Source: Actinomycetota bacterium
GTDB lineage: Bacteria; Actinomycetota; UBA4738; HRBIN12
Direction: 5' to 3'
Assembly: GCA_036519575.1 (NCBI GenBank)
Contig: DATDKZ010000162.1
Span: forward strand, 1,628-65,627
DNA length: 64,000 nt
This document shows, in pieces, positions 58,873 through 64,000 of this stretch. The notes beneath the pieces are model-generated. The model was not told the origin of the DNA. It did not search any database and saw only the letters and a program-made list of their open reading frames with translations. The translations under genes were made by a program, and so were the position numbers. Numbering within the stretch: position 1 is the first letter of the stretch; each line of letters starts with the position of its first letter.

Positions 58873-60086
58873 CGGGGGAGTGCCTCCAGCCGGTCGGGGG
58901 AGGAGAGGGCCGCGACCAGGTCGCCGAACGCCCGGCCGGCGGTCGCACCGTCCAGCAGTCGGTGATCGAAGGTCAGCGAGAGCGTGCACGCGGGCCGGGC
59001 CACCACCTGCCCATCGACGATCAGCGCCCGGGGGGCGATGGCGCCCAGGCCGAGGATCGCGGCCTGGGCCCGATTGATGATGGGCGTGCCGAACTCTGAG
59101 CCGTAGCTCCCGGTGTTCGTCACCGTGATCGTTCCGCCGGTCATCTCCTCGATCCGGATGGAGCCGTCGCGCGCCGCCGAGGCCAGTCGCTGGATCTCGG
59201 CCGCGACCTCGCCCAGCGTCAGGTCCCCGACGTCTCGAACCACCGGCACCAGGAGCCCTCGTTCGGTGTCGGTGGCGATGCCGACGTGGACCCGCCGGTG
59301 CAGCCAGATCTGGCCCTGCTCGGCCATATACGACGCGTTGAGGCTTCGATGGTCCTTGCACACGTCGGCTAGGGCCCGGACGACGATCGGCAGTGGCGAC
59401 AGGCCGGCTTCTCGACGGAACGCCTCCAGAGCCGTGGAGTCGAGCGTCCGAAACGTGGTGACCTGTGGCACTTCCCGAACGACCCGAGTGAGGTTCTCGG
59501 CGATCGTTCTCCGGATCATCGAGATGGGTCTGACCTCGGCGTCGGTGGGCATCATCATCGTCCACAGGGCGCGGGCTCCGGCCCGCTGCCCCTGCTCGAG
59601 GGCCGGAGCCATCCCCACGCCGGGCGATGCCTGCCCTTCCTCGGCGGGCGCGCGGACCTCCGCCGCCACCGGCGTGCCCGACCGAGCGGCTCGATCCACG
59701 TCCTCGTGAGTGACCCTTCCACCCGGACCGGATCCGGCGATCACGCCCAGCTCCACCCCGAGCTCCTTGGCTCGCCGGCGAACGGCCGGGGTGGCCGGCA
59801 CTGTGGCCGGCCCTGCATCCTCTTCCGCCGCCGCCTCCCCGTCCTCCTCGACCTCGAAGGTGACTAGGGGCGCTCCCACCTTGACGGTCTCTCCCACCTT
59901 CCCGTGCAGTTGGTCGATCGTCCCGGCGAAGGGTGAGGGGATCTCCACGGTTGCCTTGGCCGTCTCCACCTCGACGATCGGCTGGTTCAGCGAGACCGGG
60001 TCGCCCTCCTTCACCAACCAGGCAGTGATCGTGGCCTCCTCGAGGCCCTCGCCCAGGTCCGGCAAGGCGAAGACTCGCTCGGCCAT
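58869..60086 (-). CDS. Dihydrolipoamide acyltransferase (E2) of a 2-oxoacid dehydrogenase complex
   Basis: Lipoyl domain (VEVETAKATVEIPSP, lipoyl-Lys), E3-binding segment, catalytic DHRLLDGA. Confidence 0.85.
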   Translation of the reverse strand: MAERVFALPDLGEGLEEATITAWLVKEGDPVSLNQPIVEVETAKATVEIPSPFAGTIDQLHGKVGETVKVGAPLVTFEVEEDGEAAAEEDAGPATVPATPAVRRRAKELGVELGVIAGSGPGGRVTHEDVDRAARSGTPVAAEVRAPAEEGQASPGVGMAPALEQGQRAGARALWTMMMPTDAEVRPISMIRRTIAENLTRVVREVPQVTTFRTLDSTALEAFRREAGLSPLPIVVRALADVCKDHRSLNASYMAEQGQIWLHRRVHVGIATDTERGLLVPVVRDVGDLTLGEVAAEIQRLASAARDGSIRIEEMTGGTITVTNTGSYGSEFGTPIINRAQAAILGLGAIAPRALIVDGQVVARPACTLSLTFDHRLLDGATAGRAFGDLVAALSSPDRLEALPR

Positions 60087-61060
60087 CAGTGGCTCACCAC
60101 CGTGCGCACGGCGGCCGTGATCCGCTCGATGCTGGGCAGGTACCGCTGTTCGAGGGCCGCCGGCGGATACGGTACGTCGTAGCCCGTCACCCGAAGAACC
60201 GGCGCCTCCAGGTAGTCGAACCCCTCCTCCATGACCCGGGCGGCGATCTCGGCGCCCATCCCCAACGTCCGAGGTGCCTCGTGTACCACGACGACGCGGC
60301 CGGTCCTCCGCACGGACTCGGCGAGCGTCTGGAGGTCGAGGGGAACGAGCGAGCGGAGGTCGAGCACGCGGCAGGAGAGGCGTTCACGCGCAAGGACCTC
60401 GGCCGCCTCGAGACATCGCGTGACCATGGCCCCATAGGTGACGAGTGTGCAGGCGTCGCCCTCCCGCCGGATCCACGCCCTGCCGATGGGCGGCCCATCC
60501 ACCGCGAGCTCGCCATGTTCCTTGGCCCAGTACCGGCTCTTCGGCTCGAGAAAGATCACCGGGTCGGGGTCGGCGATCGCGAGCGCCAGCAATCGGTAGG
60601 CGTCCAGCGCGCCTGATGGGACCACCACCTTCAGCCCGGCTGTATGCGCGTAATAGGTCTCCGGGCTCTCGCCGTGGTGCTCCTTGCCCCGGATACCGCC
60701 GAACGAGGGGATCCGTATGACGATCGGCATCGAGGTCCGGCCCCGCGTGCGCGTCCGGTACTTGGCGATATGGCTGACGATCTGGTCAAGCGCCGGATAG
60801 GAGAACCCATCGAACTGCATCTCGGCGACGGGCCGCCAGCCGGCCAGCGAGAGGCCGACGCAGATCCCGGCGATTCCGGCCTCCGCGATCGGCGTGTTGA
60901 ACACCCGTTCCGGGCCGAATGCGCGCTGCAGGCCCTCGGTGACGCGATACACTCCGCCGAGCTCACCGACGTCCTCACCGAACACCAGCGTCCGGGGGTC
61001 GTTGTTCAGGGCATCGCGGAGCGCGGCGTTCAGCGCGGCGACCATCGTGTACTCAGCCAT
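60086..61060 (-). CDS. 2-oxoacid dehydrogenase E1 component beta subunit
   Basis: 324 aa transketolase-like C-terminal fold; MAEYTMVAALNAALRDALNNDPRTLVFGEDVG. Confidence 0.9.
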   Translation of the reverse strand: MAEYTMVAALNAALRDALNNDPRTLVFGEDVGELGGVYRVTEGLQRAFGPERVFNTPIAEAGIAGICVGLSLAGWRPVAEMQFDGFSYPALDQIVSHIAKYRTRTRGRTSMPIVIRIPSFGGIRGKEHHGESPETYYAHTAGLKVVVPSGALDAYRLLALAIADPDPVIFLEPKSRYWAKEHGELAVDGPPIGRAWIRREGDACTLVTYGAMVTRCLEAAEVLARERLSCRVLDLRSLVPLDLQTLAESVRRTGRVVVVHEAPRTLGMGAEIAARVMEEGFDYLEAPVLRVTGYDVPYPPAALEQRYLPSIERITAAVRTVVSH

Positions 61061-62123
61061 CCGGCCCCTCGGTCACCGATCGCCGGTCGCGCTCCAGGCT
61101 TTCGGGCGGCTCCGCATAGGCGAAGGCGAAAAGCTCCTCGGGCGGCGGCGGCCCGAGGGAGGTGATCCCGGCCCGAACGTCGGCCACCCACTCCTTCGCC
61201 TCGTCCTCGCAATCGGCCACGAACGACTCGTCGGCAATCCCCGAGGCCAGCAAGTGCTTCAGGTACCGGTCGATGGGATCGCGCTCGCGCCACAGCCCGA
61301 CCTCGTCCGCGCTCCGGTACCTCGTCGCGTCGTCGGCGGTGGAATGCGGCCCCATCCGATAGGTCAACGCCTCGATCAGCGTGGGACCGTCGCCGGCCCG
61401 GGCCCGTTCGGCCGCCGCCCTCGTGACCGAGTACACGGCCAGGACGTCGTTCCCGTCGACGAGCACGCCGGGCATGCCGTACCCTTCGGCCCGAGCGTGG
61501 ATCGGCCCCGCCGCCTGCTCCCGGAGCGGGACCGAGATGGCCCACCCGTTGTTCTGACAGAACAGGATGGCGGGGGCGCCGAACACTGCGGCCATGTTGG
61601 CCGCCTCGTGGAAGTCGCCTTCCGACGTGGCTCCATCGCCGAAGTACGCCAGGGCGCACACGGGTAGATCGTCGAACCTTGCGCCCATGGCCCACCCAAC
61701 GGCGTGCACGATCTGGGTGGCGACCGGGACGCAGATCGGCGCGAACCGGCTGGCGATGGGGTCGTACGGACCCCCGTGCCAGACTCCTCGATGATATTGG
61801 AGGTACTCGACGACGTCGACGCCTCTGGCCACGGCCGCGGCGAGCTCGCGGAAGGACGGGAACACGAAGTCGTCGGGCTCCAGGGCGAAGGCGCTTCCCA
61901 CCTGGGCCGCCTCCTGGCCCTCGAATGGCGGGTACACGGTGAGCTCGCCCTGACGCTGGAGCGCCATGCACTCGCGATCCAGGCGGCGGGACAGGATCAT
62001 CAGCCGCAACAGGTCGCGAAGCTCATCGGCCTTCAGACCAACGTCGGTGTCGCCGACCGCCGTTCCGTCGGGCGCGACCAGCCGCACCGGGGCGGCGTCG
62101 TGCAGGTCCTCGTGCATGGCCAT
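61053..62123 (-). CDS. 2-oxoacid dehydrogenase E1 component alpha subunit (TPP-binding; PDH/BCKDH/acetoin type)
   Basis: TPP motif GDGATSEGDFHEAANMA…NNGWAIS; start MAMHEDL preceded by GAGGT. Confidence 0.85.
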   Translation of the reverse strand: MAMHEDLHDAAPVRLVAPDGTAVGDTDVGLKADELRDLLRLMILSRRLDRECMALQRQGELTVYPPFEGQEAAQVGSAFALEPDDFVFPSFRELAAAVARGVDVVEYLQYHRGVWHGGPYDPIASRFAPICVPVATQIVHAVGWAMGARFDDLPVCALAYFGDGATSEGDFHEAANMAAVFGAPAILFCQNNGWAISVPLREQAAGPIHARAEGYGMPGVLVDGNDVLAVYSVTRAAAERARAGDGPTLIEALTYRMGPHSTADDATRYRSADEVGLWRERDPIDRYLKHLLASGIADESFVADCEDEAKEWVADVRAGITSLGPPPPEELFAFAYAEPPESLERDRRSVTEGPDG

Positions 62124-62164
62124 GGTCACCGACCTCGGACGGCGGCGGGTGTGCGAGAGCATAT

Positions 62165-62983
62165 ATGCTGCTCCGCGACGTGGTCCCTTGCGCCTACCTC
62201 CGCGCGTTCCAGCCTCTGGAGGCGTTCCCGCTCGATGAGCAGGCCCGGTGGGAGCGCTACATCGTCGGAGGAGGGATGCTCCGCCGGCCGCGGCCCACCT
62301 ACCGGCAGTGGATGAGCGGCCGGCGCCTCGGCGTCCTGGCCGCTTCGGAATCCGACGGCGCCGATATCCGACTCGAGAAGGGCGCCTACTTCGTGTGCCC
62401 ATGGCGGACCAGGCTCCGGGTGCTGGCCAGCCTGTTGTCCTTCCGCGAGGCTGCACAGTTCGAGGGGAGCGAAGCGTTCGTGAGCGACCGGGAGGCCCGC
62501 CGGGCTTCCAGGGAGCTGGCCAGGATCCGGCGGCGGGATCCGAAGGCCGTCTCGTTCATCATGCAGAGCCCCTGGCACGTCCCCGTCAGGTGGTTCGTGC
62601 TGTTCGGGGAGGGCGATCGGCGGCTCGAGGAGCACGGGGGCCGCCATCGGCTCCGGTACCTGACCACCGTGCGCAAAGCGGCGCGTCGGGCTGAGCGGGC
62701 CATCCCCGGGCTCCGGCGGACGGACCTGGGGCCGGTGGCCGACATGATCGTCGAGCTCTATGAGTGGCTCGGTGCCTTCGACCGCCGATCGCTGCTCGAG
62801 CTGGATTACGGTGGCCTGAGCGACCTCATGACATGGGACGAGCTCGACGACGATCATTCTGCCCGCGACATCCAGACGGCGCTGAAGGCTCTCTCGTCTG
62901 AGGAGTTCCCGCGCTCGGCCGAGCTGTACCAGTCGGTCATCAGCCGGTGGGCCGAGGTCCGGGGCCACGAGGCCTTGAACTGA
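62165..62983 (+). CDS. Conserved hypothetical protein (272 aa)
   Basis: Clean ORF diverging from the E1alpha gene; no motif I can name. Confidence 0.45.
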   Translation: MLLRDVVPCAYLRAFQPLEAFPLDEQARWERYIVGGGMLRRPRPTYRQWMSGRRLGVLAASESDGADIRLEKGAYFVCPWRTRLRVLASLLSFREAAQFEGSEAFVSDREARRASRELARIRRRDPKAVSFIMQSPWHVPVRWFVLFGEGDRRLEEHGGRHRLRYLTTVRKAARRAERAIPGLRRTDLGPVADMIVELYEWLGAFDRRSLLELDYGGLSDLMTWDELDDDHSARDIQTALKALSSEEFPRSAELYQSVISRWAEVRGHEALN

Positions 62984-63009
62984 CGGGCCTCGCCCACGCC
63001 GCGACCTCG

Positions 63010-63082
63010 TGGCCAGGGGCAGAATCGAACTGCCGACACCGCGGTTTTCAGCCGCGTGCTCTGCCAACTGAGCTACCTGGCC
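63010..63082 (-). tRNA. tRNA-Phe (anticodon GAA), 73 nt, CCA not encoded
   Basis: GGCCAGGTAGCTCAGTTGGCAGAGCACGCGGCTGAAAACCGCGGTGTCGGCAGTTCGATTCTGCCCCTGGCCA folds as a canonical cloverleaf with anticodon loop CUGAAAA. Confidence 0.85.
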
Positions 63083-63120
63083 GGACACGGTCACGCCGGC
63101 GCGAGCGCCGGCACTCCCAG

Positions 63121-63175
63121 CGCGGGTGACGGGATTTGAACCCGCGATTACCGCCTTGACAGGGCCTCCACCCGC
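63121..63175 (-). other. 55-nt tRNA-Asp(GUC)-like element lacking a D-arm (mini-tRNA or pseudo-tRNA)
   Basis: GCGGGTG-GA-GGCCCTGTCAAGGCGG-TAATC-GCGGGTTCAAATCCCGT-CACCCGC-G has a perfect 7-bp acceptor stem, tRNA-Asp-like anticodon loop CUGUCAA and a canonical T-arm. Positions 10-26 are absent. Confidence 0.3.
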
Positions 63176-63382
63176 GTCCTGAAGGTTACCGCACCGTCCC
63201 GCCGAATTGTGCTTGTCCAGCTGGAGCGGCGGATGGCTTCCCGGTTCGACCTGGTCCGTTTGGGGTATGCGGCGGGGGGACGGTGATGACGCCGCCTTGC
63301 AAATACCCATCGCATCCCCGTACGGTTAGCAGAGGAGCAATTCAAGGGAGGCCCGCGCGGGCCCGTTGACAAGGGGGTTGAC

Positions 63383-64000
63383 ATGCTTCGGAAGATTCTT
63401 TCTATCAGACTGATCGTCGTGCTGATCGTGGCGGTCGCTCTCAGCGTGCCGTTAGCAGCGACGGCGAGCGCGCCGTCCGGCTTCACCGATTCTCTCGTCG
63501 CATCTGTGGCGGCGCCCACGGCACTGGCTTTCACGCCGGACGGGCGCCTGCTCGTGACGAGCCAATCGGGGGCGCTTCAGGTCGTGCAAGACGGCACACT
63601 TCTTGCCACGCCGGCGCTCAATTTGGGGCCAAGGATCTGTTCGGACGACGAGCGAGGCCTGCTTGGCATCGCGACTGACCCGGCGTTCGCGACGAATCAC
63701 TTCATCTATCTCTACTACACGGCCGCCATTGCGACGGGCTGCGTGAATCGGGTTTCCCGCTTCGTCCTCTCGGATGCCAATATCGTCGATCCGACGAGTG
63801 AGATTGCCCTGCTCGACAACATCCCCTCGCCCGCAGGCAACCATAACGGCGGCGACATTCAGTTCGGCCATGACGGGTATCTGTATGTGAGCGTCGGCGA
63901 CGGCGGCTGCGACTACGACGGGGACAGCGGCTGCGCGGGGGACAACGCAGCAGCGCGCGATCTGAACGTCCTGCTCGGGAAGGTGCTGCGCATCACGAGC
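63383..64000 (+). CDS. Secreted PQQ-dependent sugar dehydrogenase (GSDH/SGL beta-propeller family), 5' part; continues beyond the window
   Basis: Signal peptide MLRKILSIRLIVVLIVAVALSVPLAATASA, then …ERGLLGIA…NHNGGDIQFGHDGYLYVSVGDGG…; RBS AAGGGGG; no stop before the window end. Confidence 0.65.
   Translation, partial: MLRKILSIRLIVVLIVAVALSVPLAATASAPSGFTDSLVASVAAPTALAFTPDGRLLVTSQSGALQVVQDGTLLATPALNLGPRICSDDERGLLGIATDPAFATNHFIYLYYTAAIATGCVNRVSRFVLSDANIVDPTSEIALLDNIPSPAGNHNGGDIQFGHDGYLYVSVGDGGCDYDGDSGCAGDNAAARDLNVLLGKVLRITS

Noticed and set aside
63121-63175. The tRNA-like element as the 3' end of a tmRNA (ssrA)
   Set aside because: The matching 5' acceptor strand GCGGGTG lies only 48 nt upstream rather than ~350 nt, and no tag-peptide reading frame or pseudoknot region is present.
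63215-63300. A further tRNA (e.g. tRNA-Glu) upstream of the tRNA-like element
   Set aside because: A GGTTCGA core occurs, but no acceptor/T-arm pairing can be built on either strand.

Overview
This window is a high-GC (about 68–70%) actinobacterial chromosomal segment, densely coded, with many GTG/TTG starts and ATGA/GTGA start–stop overlaps. Its gene order follows the origin-proximal mycobacterial arrangement (class A PBP ponA1 with its DUF5318 partner, then rpsF-ssb-rpsR-rplI, then dnaB). Main blocks, left to right:
- Two class A penicillin-binding proteins bracket a complete actinobacterial-type tad/flp pilus locus (tadZ-tadA-tadB-tadC-flp-tadE-tadE-like), preceded by a frameshifted RNHCP-domain gene.
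- A NarL-type two-component pair, a low-GC pocket holding a small membrane ORF with a structured leader, then an apparent operon of histidine kinase, LuxR response regulator and two GT-C membrane glycosyltransferases.
- panB, rpsF-ssb-rpsR-rplI, dnaB with a DnaA-box cluster upstream, an endonuclease III-like gene, tRNA-Gly(CCC), trpD and dcd.
- A 1,025-aa HEAT-repeat protein whose acidic Pro/Glu-rich N-terminus contains 48-bp tandem repeats, next to a cytoplasmic HisKA_3 kinase and a LuxR regulator.
- A NarI-like/HdrD-like Fe-S membrane oxidoreductase divergent from a dnaK-grpE-dnaJ-hspR operon that carries a HAIR-like operator, then a GNAT gene and clpB.
- An envelope-stress-like module (TM protein, PspC, LiaF-like, small TM protein, LemA) and a divergent MFS transporter.
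- MBL hydrolase, DUF2090 and dodecin leading straight into a ten-gene contiguous purine operon (purA-D-E-B-C-S-Q-L-F-M), followed by an orphan CheY-like regulator.
- A minus-strand six-gene operon: 2-oxoacid dehydrogenase E1alpha/E1beta/E2, a cytoplasmic TroA/BtuF-like binding-fold protein, a small beta-rich protein and a hotdog thioesterase.
- tRNA-Phe, an adjacent 55-nt D-arm-less tRNA-Asp-like element, and a truncated secreted PQQ/GSDH-like dehydrogenase gene at the window edge.
No CRISPR array, integrase or transposase was seen. The candidates most likely to repay follow-up are the TCS-glycosyltransferase operon, the HEAT-repeat/TCS module, the extended 2-oxoacid dehydrogenase operon and the D-arm-less tRNA-like element.
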